Part shown: one piece after another, positions 43,983 to 53,647 of the stretch
How positions within the stretch are numbered: the first letter of the stretch is position 1
How the letters are laid out: each line of letters opens with the position of its first letter
Notes under the pieces: model-generated
Databases searched by the model: none
What the model was told of the DNA's origin: nothing
What the model saw: the letters and a program-made list of their open reading frames with translations, nothing else
Translations under genes and position numbers: made by a program
NCBI GenBank assembly: GCA_963676915.2
Contig: CAXXVK010000067.1
Span: 96,001 to 160,000 of the forward strand
Reading direction: 5' to 3'
Length of the DNA stretch: 64,000 bases
From: Myxococcota bacterium
Lineage (GTDB): Bacteria > Myxococcota_A > SURF-8 > G963663525

Positions 43983-45653
43983 ATGCCAATGCTCAAGACA
44001 CCAATACTCCTATTATTATGTGGAATTCTGATAGGTGGTCTTTCGGCCTGCAACGACGATGACAGCAGCAACGATCAGACTCCCGGTGATACGGATACGA
44101 CAGAACAAACGGATACGGAAACCGGCGAAACCTCGGAAGGCCTCGTCACGCTGCCCGATACTCTCGACATCCAGTATTCTCGCGCCGATGTAGGAGAACC
44201 GCTGACCGAGGATGAAATCCGTGATTTCACGATGAAAGTGATGGGATTTCTGAAGAAAGTCCATTACTTCGACTACATCCTTTACACCACACACGGCGTC
44301 GATGCCTCTACCGGAATGAGTGACTGGCAGTTCTGGTACAATGAGCGTTTCCGCAAGGAAGGCGACAAGGTCGTATTCTATCATCCCGAAAATCTCACCG
44401 ACGGTGGACACAACTTGCACATTCCGATGAGCCGGGTATTGGGTGACACACTCGCCGCATACATGTTGATCGGAGACGAAACCATGGGACTTGCCGCCGA
44501 AAAGCTGTGCAAGGGAATGTCCGCTTCGATGCTGGGTATGGTGCGCGATGAAGACGACCCGGTTCATCATTTGATGTCCCGCAACGTGGTCCCGGCTTTG
44601 GTTCAGGATGAGTTCCTTACCCACGACGGCAAAAAGAAGGGCGTGGACTGCAGCGGCTGGTTTTCTCCCTACGATCGTTGGAATTGCTATCGGTTCAAAT
44701 ACGAAAACAATCCTTATTGGGGAGCTATGTGGGTTACCAGCATGCGTTCCAAGGATGATGTACCGCATATTTTCCGGTTGATTCCCAACCTGCGTTATGC
44801 CGTCGCCGAAATCGAAGACGAAAACGTACAGACCGCTTGTGCCGAGACGCTGGAACTGCTCGAAGCCTTTGCTAAAGATATCGTCGATTCAGACTACCGC
44901 ATCCGAACCAAGGACGAAAACGCAGATATTTACATCGCCGGGTACACGGATGACCAGGATTTGAACGAACAACAAGGCGATCTCTGCTCGTTTATCAACT
45001 ACCGGGAATGGTTGCCGGAAGGCGAATGCAATGCCCGGCGCGGCGCGGAACTGATCGGTTACCATCATGCCATCAATGAAGATTGCGGTCGGGGCGAGCC
45101 AAACCCTTATGACATCATCGCTTACAACCTCAATCGGTACAACAAGCGAATCTGCCGCTATTTCCATTTGTCTCACCTTGCCAATGCGTTGGTAAATGGT
45201 GACAACGAAGCCGCATTGCAATTGATGGACGGCCTCGAAGAACGGATGGAACAGGAGAAAAATACACCGGCAGAAGATATGCAGTACCCATACCATGACT
45301 GGTGGCGCAATCTGGCTTTGTACTTCACCCAGAGTCATAGCTACGGTTATCCCCTGACCAGCGAGGAGACCCGAGTGATTCACGAGTATTACCTGAAAGC
45401 CATCGATGAGATGAAGGACTGGCCGTACTGGGATCTCTGGGACGATTCGGTTGCCGATGGCACAACGGGCGGGTACCGTCCCGCCAATTGCGTAACGACC
45501 GACGGAGAGACGGATTGTTGGTGGCGGGTCGAAGACCTGGGGCAGCTTTTCGAAAACTGCTGGTCTCCACTGGTCAACCCAACAAGCGCGAATTTTGTGG
45601 ATTGCAGCATCGTACGCGATCCATCAAAATGGGACGAAGCCGCCGTGGATTAG
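43983..45653 (+). CDS. Uncharacterised acidic lipoprotein
   Basis: GAGGAG RBS; lipobox LSAC; D/T-rich linker; Trp/Cys/Asp-rich globular body. Confidence 0.75.
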   Translation: MPMLKTPILLLLCGILIGGLSACNDDDSSNDQTPGDTDTTEQTDTETGETSEGLVTLPDTLDIQYSRADVGEPLTEDEIRDFTMKVMGFLKKVHYFDYILYTTHGVDASTGMSDWQFWYNERFRKEGDKVVFYHPENLTDGGHNLHIPMSRVLGDTLAAYMLIGDETMGLAAEKLCKGMSASMLGMVRDEDDPVHHLMSRNVVPALVQDEFLTHDGKKKGVDCSGWFSPYDRWNCYRFKYENNPYWGAMWVTSMRSKDDVPHIFRLIPNLRYAVAEIEDENVQTACAETLELLEAFAKDIVDSDYRIRTKDENADIYIAGYTDDQDLNEQQGDLCSFINYREWLPEGECNARRGAELIGYHHAINEDCGRGEPNPYDIIAYNLNRYNKRICRYFHLSHLANALVNGDNEAALQLMDGLEERMEQEKNTPAEDMQYPYHDWWRNLALYFTQSHSYGYPLTSEETRVIHEYYLKAIDEMKDWPYWDLWDDSVADGTTGGYRPANCVTTDGETDCWWRVEDLGQLFENCWSPLVNPTSANFVDCSIVRDPSKWDEAAVD

Positions 45654-45676
45654 TCTCAATTCTGCAAAACACCTCG

Positions 45677-45711
45677 ACGGGAGCAAGCCACTGGGTTCGC
45701 TCCCGTTTTTT
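45677..45711 (+). terminator. Intrinsic terminator
   Basis: ACGGGAGC...GCTCCCGT hairpin followed by TTTTT. Confidence 0.8.
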
Positions 45712-45815
45712 GTGTGTCATGCCGGTGACTAACCGCGTTGCCTGGTTTGTCGTTGATTTACTGTTTGCACGTACTGTCAACAGGGCCAGAGCACGTCGGT
45801 TTTTCTTCTGAACCG

Positions 45816-45997
45816 TTAACCCGGATGATTCATGAAGAATCTACTACGACTTGAAAATTCTCGATCTTTCACTCGTTTCCCGATTTTCATCCTCGACAGA
45901 CTGTTCAGTATGCCTGCGGGTGAAAATCGTTCCAACTTCATGAAATATCATCGTTTTTCTACGTCTCGCTACGATCCTCATGAATAATCCGGGTTAA
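45816..45997. mobile_element. MITE-like element (~180 bp)
   Basis: Terminal inverted repeats TTAACCCGGATGATTCATGA / TCATGAATAATCCGGGTTAA (19/20); internal hairpin CGATTTTCA...TGAAAATCG; no ORF. Confidence 0.7.
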
Positions 45998-46304
45998 ACG
46001 TTCTGATGGAGGTAAACTTGCGCTTCCTGTTGTCGCCGAAAAGGTGGAAACTAGAGGGATGCAAACAAGAAAAGCCAAGATAATCCATTATGAATCAATA
46101 AAAACGACGAAAAGTATCATCAGATAGTAAACATGAAATTATTTATGTCTTGTTTTGTGCAAGAATTTCTAAAAAAAGATGAGAAATCGTATTTCCCAGA
46201 AGTGCATTGTTTGTGGCTCCTGGTTTTCCGTTTGTCCTTGATCGTCCATGAATTGTTCTTAGAGCCAAGAGATAGAACCATGTGGAGACAAAAGCCGACT
46301 TCCG

Positions 46305-47363
46305 ATGATTTCTAAGCAAAACAAAACCGAAACATTTTTATGGGCGGATGTTATCCGATCCGGCGCTATTGTATTGGTTATCGTCATCCATGTAGCGGAT
46401 CTCGTGGTTCGAAAATGGCAGGATGTTCCCGATCTGTGGTGGCATACCGCCAACGTGTTCGGTTCGTTTGCAAGACCCGCCGTGCCGTTGTTTGTCATGC
46501 TGAGTGGCGCGTTGCTGCTCGGCCGACGGGAAACCTGGGACGTTTTCGTCAAGAAACGTCTGATGAGAATTCTGATTCCGCTATTGGCCTGGTCGGCCAT
46601 TTTTTTTCTGTATCGCTATTTTTACCATAACCATACTTTTTCACTGGAATCGGTGCTGAAGGGCTTGTACAGCGGTCATGCGTATTTTCATTTATGGTAT
46701 TTTTACATGCTGTTCGGTTTATACCTTTTGTTGCCGCTTCTTCGCATTCTTGTACAGCACGCAAGCAAACGTGAACTGATCTATATGATTTTACTGTGGT
46801 TTTTTGTGGTTTCTTTAAATGTCGTTACGCGAAAATATTTTGGATTCACCACCGGAATCGATCTGCTCAACATGGCAGGATATCTCGGGTTTTTTGTCGG
46901 CGGGTATGTAATCGTCAACTCGAAATTTTCCACCCGGTTTTTTATCTTGTCTCTGGTTATATTTTGGGTGGCATCTCTGGCGACGATTTTCGGAACGGCA
47001 GATATTGTTGAAGATGTAGAGAAATACAATGAATTTTTCTACAATTATCGTTCTTGGAACGTCGTGCTGGCGTCCTTTTCCTTTTTTATCGTCCTAAAAT
47101 ACGCAGCGGATCGCTGGGGAACTCTCCTCTCGAAACGGGGAGCTAGTCTTTTTGCAATAATTTCTTCTGCAAGTCTCGGCATGTATGTTTTTCATGTCAT
47201 TCCGCTGGAAATGCTCAAGTACGGTAGCTTGGGATTCACGATGCATCCGGCGAAATCCCCTCCCTGGTTCATGATTCCGGCCATGGTAGCGGTGGTTTTC
47301 GTGTCGTCGCTGCTTGTCGCCATCGTGTTGAAAAATCTGCCACTCGTTCGGCGAATCGTTTAG
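46305..47363 (+). CDS. Acyltransferase-3 family membrane O-acetyltransferase (WecH-like)
   Basis: WADVIR...VIVIH, AVPLFVMLSG, KKRLMRILIP, HLWYFY, SLGMYVFH. Confidence 0.9.
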   Translation: MISKQNKTETFLWADVIRSGAIVLVIVIHVADLVVRKWQDVPDLWWHTANVFGSFARPAVPLFVMLSGALLLGRRETWDVFVKKRLMRILIPLLAWSAIFFLYRYFYHNHTFSLESVLKGLYSGHAYFHLWYFYMLFGLYLLLPLLRILVQHASKRELIYMILLWFFVVSLNVVTRKYFGFTTGIDLLNMAGYLGFFVGGYVIVNSKFSTRFFILSLVIFWVASLATIFGTADIVEDVEKYNEFFYNYRSWNVVLASFSFFIVLKYAADRWGTLLSKRGASLFAIISSASLGMYVFHVIPLEMLKYGSLGFTMHPAKSPPWFMIPAMVAVVFVSSLLVAIVLKNLPLVRRIV

Positions 47364-48214
47364 GTGGCGGTCTTGGCAAGCAGGTAATTGACAAAAGCGG
47401 TGCAGGTTACAAGCATAAACTTTGCATCTTCAAATGGAACGTTAGAATTTTCAGACAAGGCATGTCGGATTCCATTGGAATTTGAAGTGTACCCGTAAAT
47501 ATTTCCGAAAGCAGTTTCCAAAGCAGGATGCAATACCATTGGATGCTTTGCTTTTAGAGATTTAAGGGCTGGTTTAATTCCGGAATGCCTTTCTGCTGTG
47601 ATGATATTGAGTATACACTCGACTGCACTGATCGATTCTTTGATGCTATTTCGATAATCTGGATTTTTTCTATCTGAAAGCATTTTTAGAGCTTCAGAAA
47701 GATGTGTATGCACAGGGGAAAATTTTCCAGTGGAAGTTTCAGAGAGTCCTTGTTCGATAGCCTTTATTTCGGTTTTGTCTGTAAAGGGGACAAATATATT
47801 ATTCTTAAATCGATATGCAGAATTTTCAATTTCTAAGTCATGATTCATTAAAAAAACACATCTTGTTCTTTCAATAGTTTTTATTTTATAGAAGCTGTTG
47901 ATAAAAAACTCCATAAAATCATATATATGATGCCATTCTGCAGATGGTCCCCAAAACCAATTTCTAATATAAGCACTATAGTCGGAAACGAAATTTGGCA
48001 TCTTATCTAAAGGTTCTATAAAGAAATATTTCCAAAGTGAATAAAAAGACTTTCTATTTGGGTGCTCATCACAAGTTAAGTGCAGATAATTTCTATCAAA
48101 AACGTCGCTTTGAATTCTATTCCATAGTTTTGTTTTAAGAGTATCATCCATTGATTCCAATTGAATTGCTTTTTTTAAATTTTCAAATCCCATACGCTTA
48201 GAAAAATGGCTCAT
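47360..48214 (-). CDS. AbiJ-NTD4-like / HEPN putative abortive-infection protein
   Basis: FSKRMG...IQLESMD...LWN N-terminus; HLSEALKMLSDRKNPDYRNSIKESISAVE; YGYTSNSNGIRHAL; much more AT-rich than its neighbours. Confidence 0.75.
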   Translation of the reverse strand: MSHFSKRMGFENLKKAIQLESMDDTLKTKLWNRIQSDVFDRNYLHLTCDEHPNRKSFYSLWKYFFIEPLDKMPNFVSDYSAYIRNWFWGPSAEWHHIYDFMEFFINSFYKIKTIERTRCVFLMNHDLEIENSAYRFKNNIFVPFTDKTEIKAIEQGLSETSTGKFSPVHTHLSEALKMLSDRKNPDYRNSIKESISAVECILNIITAERHSGIKPALKSLKAKHPMVLHPALETAFGNIYGYTSNSNGIRHALSENSNVPFEDAKFMLVTCTAFVNYLLAKTAT

Positions 48215-48364
48215 TTGTATTATTTCCTTTGTCCAAATGTAAACAATTATATTTTGCTACAATAGATTCTTTGCGTCAAATTGAAACGCCTCCTGTCAAA
48301 TTGCCGTTGCCAACCGTTTCCGGTTTCGGTACCATAGAGAAAAGCCTTGCAAGGAGGACAACCC

Positions 48365-50623
48365 ATGCCAGACGCCAAGCCCAGGCTCGAAGAGATTTCC
48401 CAGCGGATCAAGGAACGGTTCGAATCGCGTCGCCAGATTCTTACGTTCGAACAATATATGGAGATGGTCTACGAGCACCCCGAGCGTTTCGTGCGGTCTT
48501 CGGTGCAATATCTGCTCGATATGATCGACTTTTTCGGTCGCCGTGACGGTAGCGACGGAAACGGTAAACGCGGTGGGTATAAAGTTTTCGACATGGAGTT
48601 TGCCGACCCCAATATGGCAATGGCAGGCGAAGAGCGTGTGCAGGAAGACGTGGTGCGTATTCTACGCGGTTTTGCCTCGGCGGGACGTGCCAACAAGCTG
48701 ATTTTGATGCATGGTCCCAACGGGTCGAGCAAATCTACCTTCGTTTCCTGCTTGATGGCCGGTCTCGCGCATTATTCCCATACCGACGAAGGGGCTTTGT
48801 ACCGTCTCAACTGGATTTTCCCGGAAGAAAAGCTGACTCGGGAGCGGATCGGCTTCAACAAGGAAAAAAACGAGCCGATTCCTTTGGGCGATTCCTACGC
48901 AACGCTACCCGAGGAACGCATCGCGGCAAAAATTCCCTGTGAGTTGCGAGATTCGCCGTTGTTGTTGTTCCCCAAAGATGAGCGGAACAAGATCTTTGAG
49001 GAACTTTTCGGCAAAGATCAGGAAAAATCGAAATGGCGGTTGCCGGCTACGTTGCTTGAAGGCAATCTGGCTCCGCGCAGCAAGGCGATTTTCGACGCCC
49101 TGTTGAGCGCGTACAAGGGTGATTTCTCCCGTGTGATGCAGCACGTTCAGGTGGAGCGCTGGAACATCTCCAGCCACTACAAGATCGGGGCCGTGACCAT
49201 CGAGCCGGAAATGAGCGTGGACGCCGGGATGCGACAATTGACCATGGATCGCAGCCTGCAAAATCTGCCGCCGATCCTGCAAAATCTCTCTTTGTATCAG
49301 GCCGAAGGGCGACTCGTGGAAGCCAACCATGGGATCATTGAGTTTTCCGATATGCTAAAACGGCACCCGGAAAGCTTCAAGTACCTGCTGTCGGCGACCG
49401 AAAAAGGGACGGTCAACCTCGACGCCGCGTTGTTGCAACTGGATCTTGTGTTTATCGGTTCAACGAACGACAATTTCCTCGGGGCGTTCATTCAGGGGCA
49501 CAAGGCCGAGTACATTTCTTATCTGGGGCGCTGGGAACTGGTACATGTTCCGTATCTGCTCGACTACCGGGACGAAAAGAAAATTTACGACAACCAATTG
49601 CTGTTGGAACGCCACGGACGGGAGCTGGCTCCCCATACGACCGAAATTGCAGCGCTTTTCGCGGTATTGACACGGCTCAAGCGCCCGAATCCCGAGCACT
49701 ACCCGGAGGCGTTGCGCGATATCGTCGAGCGGATCAATCCTTTGGAAAAAGCGCTGTTCTATGCAGACGGTACGATTCCCGTCTGGGTGGACAACTCCAA
49801 GCGCAAGGAATTCAGCCGTATCCGACCGCGTATGATGGGAGAATTCAGTCGACGGGAAAACTACGAAGGAGAATCCGGCGCGTCTCCGAGAGAAATGAAA
49901 ATCATGTTGCTCAATGCATCGCAGGGAAAAAGCGGCGGATGCATTACACCCGTTGCGGTTATGTCCGAGTTACGGCGGATGATCATGGACAAGTCGGTGT
50001 ACGTGTTTCTCAATGAGGAAGCGGATGGCGATTACCACGATTTTACCAAAATCCTGTCCTATCTCGAAAAATATTACCTCGACATCCTCGACAGGGAAAT
50101 CCGTTCGGGGCTGGATCTCGTCGCACCGGGTCAATACGCCGAAATCATTGCCCGATATGTGGAAAACGTCTCGGCCTGGGTGCAGAAACGTCGCCTTGTC
50201 GATCGGGTAACCGGACAGGAAAAAGATGTGGATCAAAGGTTCATGATTGACATCGAGCAGAAAATCGCCGGAGGAGACGATACCGAAAAATTCCGTCGCG
50301 ACCTGATTTCACAGGTTGGTGCCTATGCTTTGGAGCATCCTGACGAAGAAGTCGATAACGTGATCCTTTTCGATAGGTATATCAAGCGCCTGGAAGATTT
50401 CTACTTCAACAAGAATCGCAAAAAAGTCTCGATCGCCGGTGAAAACCTGCTGAAATTCACCTCGGATAAAAAAGACGATATAAGCAAGGAAGATCAGGCT
50501 ATTGTGGAAACGATGCTGGAGAAACTCTCCTCGGAACACGGATACTCCCCCGAGTGCACCAAGATCGTGTTTTCCTATCTATGGAATCGCCGCTATCGTG
50601 GACGGATGGAAACGGATGATTAA
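48365..50623 (+). CDS. prkA: PrkA/YeaG-family AAA+ serine protein kinase
   Basis: HGPNGSSKST Walker A; GRLVEANHGIIEFSDMLK; YLL...EKKIY; GASPRE; AGGAGG RBS. Confidence 0.88.
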   Translation: MPDAKPRLEEISQRIKERFESRRQILTFEQYMEMVYEHPERFVRSSVQYLLDMIDFFGRRDGSDGNGKRGGYKVFDMEFADPNMAMAGEERVQEDVVRILRGFASAGRANKLILMHGPNGSSKSTFVSCLMAGLAHYSHTDEGALYRLNWIFPEEKLTRERIGFNKEKNEPIPLGDSYATLPEERIAAKIPCELRDSPLLLFPKDERNKIFEELFGKDQEKSKWRLPATLLEGNLAPRSKAIFDALLSAYKGDFSRVMQHVQVERWNISSHYKIGAVTIEPEMSVDAGMRQLTMDRSLQNLPPILQNLSLYQAEGRLVEANHGIIEFSDMLKRHPESFKYLLSATEKGTVNLDAALLQLDLVFIGSTNDNFLGAFIQGHKAEYISYLGRWELVHVPYLLDYRDEKKIYDNQLLLERHGRELAPHTTEIAALFAVLTRLKRPNPEHYPEALRDIVERINPLEKALFYADGTIPVWVDNSKRKEFSRIRPRMMGEFSRRENYEGESGASPREMKIMLLNASQGKSGGCITPVAVMSELRRMIMDKSVYVFLNEEADGDYHDFTKILSYLEKYYLDILDREIRSGLDLVAPGQYAEIIARYVENVSAWVQKRRLVDRVTGQEKDVDQRFMIDIEQKIAGGDDTEKFRRDLISQVGAYALEHPDEEVDNVILFDRYIKRLEDFYFNKNRKKVSIAGENLLKFTSDKKDDISKEDQAIVETMLEKLSSEHGYSPECTKIVFSYLWNRRYRGRMETDD

Positions 50624-50647
50624 ATAGTACGGAAAACAGGAGCTGAT

Positions 50648-51826
50648 TCAGGGTATTTCGTCAGATGGCACGGCTTCTTCCGTCGTTGAAGCCTGTGCCA
50701 GTTGGGGAATCAGACGGATAGCGTTTTCGGCGTAGACTTTGCGCAGAACTTCCTTGGGCAGGTCGATGGCGTCGATCAGCCAGTCCCCCTGAATGGGTGT
50801 GGGATGTTCGATCCGGCGGTCATCGGTTTCCAGAAAACGCCAATGCCGATTGAAGAATTCCTCGGCGTCGTCCTTGGTTTTCGGTTTGCCGTCGGAAGAC
50901 CCCAGGGTGAGGGATTGCGGGAAAATACCGATATCGGTGCCGAAGAGGATGCGATCCTGATGTTTGATGAACAGCGCCCGGAGTTTATCGGGATCGTGGC
51001 GACCGATTTCGGGGATGCGGGCGGCAATATCGACGTACAGGTTGGGGTAGGTATCCAACATGCGTTCCACGTTGCCGATGTCTTCCGGGTCGTTGCCGAA
51101 ATGCACCCCGATAAAGCGCGTATTCTTGTGCTTTTTTACGACATTTTCGAATTGTTCGAGTAGAGTTTCCCGTTTGGGAAATCCCTGTCGGGCGAAACTC
51201 CAAGAGGGATGTTCTTTGAGTTCGGCGTATCGTTCGTTCTCCGGGGTGACCGGTTCCCAAAATGCTTTCGGGTCGCCCGTGTGAATGTAAACAGGAACGC
51301 CCAATTCTCCCGCTTTTTTCCATAAAGGGTCCATCAACGGGCTGTCGACCGGCAAAAACGTTTTGAAATCCGGTGGTTCTCCCCAGTACAACCCCAGTCC
51401 TTTGTTGATTTTCAAAGCTACGGCACCGTGCTGCTTGACATCTTCTTCCAGTAGGTTGGCGTTGTATTCCCCGAAATTTTTTTCGGGAAGGGCGGACCAA
51501 TCGGGGTTGTGCGCCAACAGTACGCGGTCGGTATATTGACGGAAAGCCTCGGCACGGGCGACGAACTGTTCTCCGAATCCACCGGACAGATTGACGATAC
51601 GATAAATTCCGTTGCGGTTCATGATGTCTAGGATGTCGGGAAGGGCGCGGGGACTGAGGTGGGAATGGGCATCGATCACCACAAAGCCGTTGTGGCGGAT
51701 CGTCACCTCCGGCAACAGGGAGTCGTCTTCGGCGAACATGTCCATCACAAGATTCCCCAGCGACCAGACAAAGGGAACCAGGGTTAAAATTGCAGCGACA
51801 ATGAAAAATACGCGGGCCTTCAACAT
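50648..51826 (-). CDS. Amidohydrolase family (Amidohydro_2) protein with an N-terminal TM anchor
   Basis: IDAHSH, VYIHTGDP, GVHFG, DRILFGTD, KVYAENA; GAGGAG RBS before ATG 51826. Confidence 0.88.
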   Translation of the reverse strand: MLKARVFFIVAAILTLVPFVWSLGNLVMDMFAEDDSLLPEVTIRHNGFVVIDAHSHLSPRALPDILDIMNRNGIYRIVNLSGGFGEQFVARAEAFRQYTDRVLLAHNPDWSALPEKNFGEYNANLLEEDVKQHGAVALKINKGLGLYWGEPPDFKTFLPVDSPLMDPLWKKAGELGVPVYIHTGDPKAFWEPVTPENERYAELKEHPSWSFARQGFPKRETLLEQFENVVKKHKNTRFIGVHFGNDPEDIGNVERMLDTYPNLYVDIAARIPEIGRHDPDKLRALFIKHQDRILFGTDIGIFPQSLTLGSSDGKPKTKDDAEEFFNRHWRFLETDDRRIEHPTPIQGDWLIDAIDLPKEVLRKVYAENAIRLIPQLAQASTTEEAVPSDEIP

Positions 51827-52206
51827 GACAACTCCTCGTGAATGCTCACGGAGTATAGCACAATTCCAAAGGGGAAAACATGGTCCTAATCGTAGAAAAC
51901 CGCAACAACTCGCTCCATGGTGGATCATGATTTCTATTCTTGTACATGAATTGCATTGAAGGATGTTTGCTTGGAAGGGGAGGGGAACTCTTCCACCGCC
52001 AGGCGAATGGTCTTGAGAACACGAGGAATACGGATCGATGATCTCGGTGTCTATTTCATCAGATTCAGTCGACTCTAGAATTGAATCACCCTGAAATACA
52101 TTGCGTTTCCATTATGGGATTGGTATGATTTTACCTAGATAGAGGAAAAGATTTCCGAGTTTGACGTGGATCGCACGATTGTGGTTCCATGAGGAGGTAA
52201 ATCGAA

Positions 52207-52473
52207 ATGGCGATGATTGATCGTCCCGAAGCTGCCCGCAGACTGGCGCGTGCCATCGCTAGCGATCTGGCGCTTTACAATGAAGATAAAATCGTCCTTG
52301 GTCTGAAAAACGATACGTTTTTCAAGGAGATGGAAGAGGAGATCACCGAAGGTCGTGAACTGTACGAAGCTCGGGTTTCTCCCACTTTGCGGGCCGATAC
52401 CAACTACTACGAGCGAGCCTTGATCGATATTATCATCAAGCCCAAATCCCACATCAAAACGCCGATCTGGTAG
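52207..52473 (+). CDS. Small conserved hypothetical protein (ARRLARAIASDLALYN motif)
   Basis: Strong GAGGAGG RBS; helical motif A.RLAR.I.SD..LYN...EI.EGR.LY..RV, recalled from deltaproteobacterial proteins. Confidence 0.8.
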   Translation: MAMIDRPEAARRLARAIASDLALYNEDKIVLGLKNDTFFKEMEEEITEGRELYEARVSPTLRADTNYYERALIDIIIKPKSHIKTPIW

Positions 52474-52475
52474 TC

Positions 52476-53456
52476 TTGTCTGCTACTATCACTCGTATTA
52501 TCGTGAGCGAAAACGAAGCGGGGCAGCGTTTGGACCGCTTCGTTTCGGACAAAACCGGTGCGAGCCGAAATCGGGTCCAAAACCACATCCAAAAGAACTG
52601 TTGTTCGGTCAATGGGCGGATCGAAAAGCCTTCGTATAAGCTCAAATCCGGCGATGCGGTCGAGTACGCGCCTCCCGAGCCGGTGGCCACCGAAGTGATT
52701 CCTCAGGATATTCCGTTGAATGTGGTGTACGAAGACTCCGACGTGATTGTTATCAATAAACCGGCGGGGATGGTCGTGCACCCTGCCGCAGGAAACCCGG
52801 ACGGAACGCTTGTCAATGCCCTGCTGTTTCATTGCAAAGATATGAAGGGAATCGGTGATGTCCAGCGTCCGGGGATTGTCCATCGGATCGACAAAGACAC
52901 CTCCGGCCTGCTTGTGGTGGCGAAAAACGACGAAGCCCACGCGGGATTGTCCGAGCAGTTCGCCGTCCACGATATCGAGCGGGAATACCACCTGTTTTGC
53001 TTCGGCAGTCCCGACGACGATAAGGGAACGTTTAATCGCCCGATTTCCCGCCATCCCAACGACCGCAAACGGTTCACGTCGTTGCAGAACCGAGGAAAAA
53101 CCGCCGTGACGCATTGGCACTGGCTGGCTCGCCTGGGATCGATAGGCTATGGCGTGGCGCGTCTGGAAACCGGCCGCACCCACCAGATTCGCGTGCATTT
53201 CAGCGACGCCGGACTTCCCATCGTAGGCGATCCGGTCTATACTCATCCCCGACGCGCGAAACATCTCACCGAACCCGATGTACGAATCGAAGTGCTGAAG
53301 ATCAAACGGCAGGCGTTGCATGCGAAAACCTTGGGGTTCAGGCACCCCATTACGGGGGAAGCCCTACGATTTTCCTCGGCTTTGCCAGAGGATATGGACG
53401 AGTTGTTGCAGTTTTTGACGAAACGCTACGGATCTTTCGAGAATAACGAGGTATGA
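52476..53456 (+). CDS. rluD: RluA-family pseudouridine synthase (RluD-like, with S4 domain)
   Basis: RLDRF S4 domain; NKPAGMVVHPAAG; HRIDKDTSG; LETGRTHQIRVH; QALHA. Confidence 0.92.
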   Translation: MSATITRIIVSENEAGQRLDRFVSDKTGASRNRVQNHIQKNCCSVNGRIEKPSYKLKSGDAVEYAPPEPVATEVIPQDIPLNVVYEDSDVIVINKPAGMVVHPAAGNPDGTLVNALLFHCKDMKGIGDVQRPGIVHRIDKDTSGLLVVAKNDEAHAGLSEQFAVHDIEREYHLFCFGSPDDDKGTFNRPISRHPNDRKRFTSLQNRGKTAVTHWHWLARLGSIGYGVARLETGRTHQIRVHFSDAGLPIVGDPVYTHPRRAKHLTEPDVRIEVLKIKRQALHAKTLGFRHPITGEALRFSSALPEDMDELLQFLTKRYGSFENNEV

Positions 53457-53647
53457 CCCGATCTTTCGAAAACTCGTTCAGGCCAAGATTTCAACCGATG
53501 GTTGATCGCTACTGAAAAAGTTTGCTGGAAATCGATCGGAAATACCCGGGCGCGCAGTACTCCTAGGAATGCTTGATCAAGAGCATTTTTTATATTGGGA
53601 TGGGTAATATATAAATTGCAATTAACTCCTTGTCAGAGGAACTCAAA

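Noticed and set aside
52053-52098. Imperfect inverted repeat upstream of the 88-aa gene
   Set aside because: Short, interrupted and single copy; no recognisable riboswitch or operator consensus
52407-53345. 312-aa minus-strand ORF
   Set aside because: Antisense shadow of rluD
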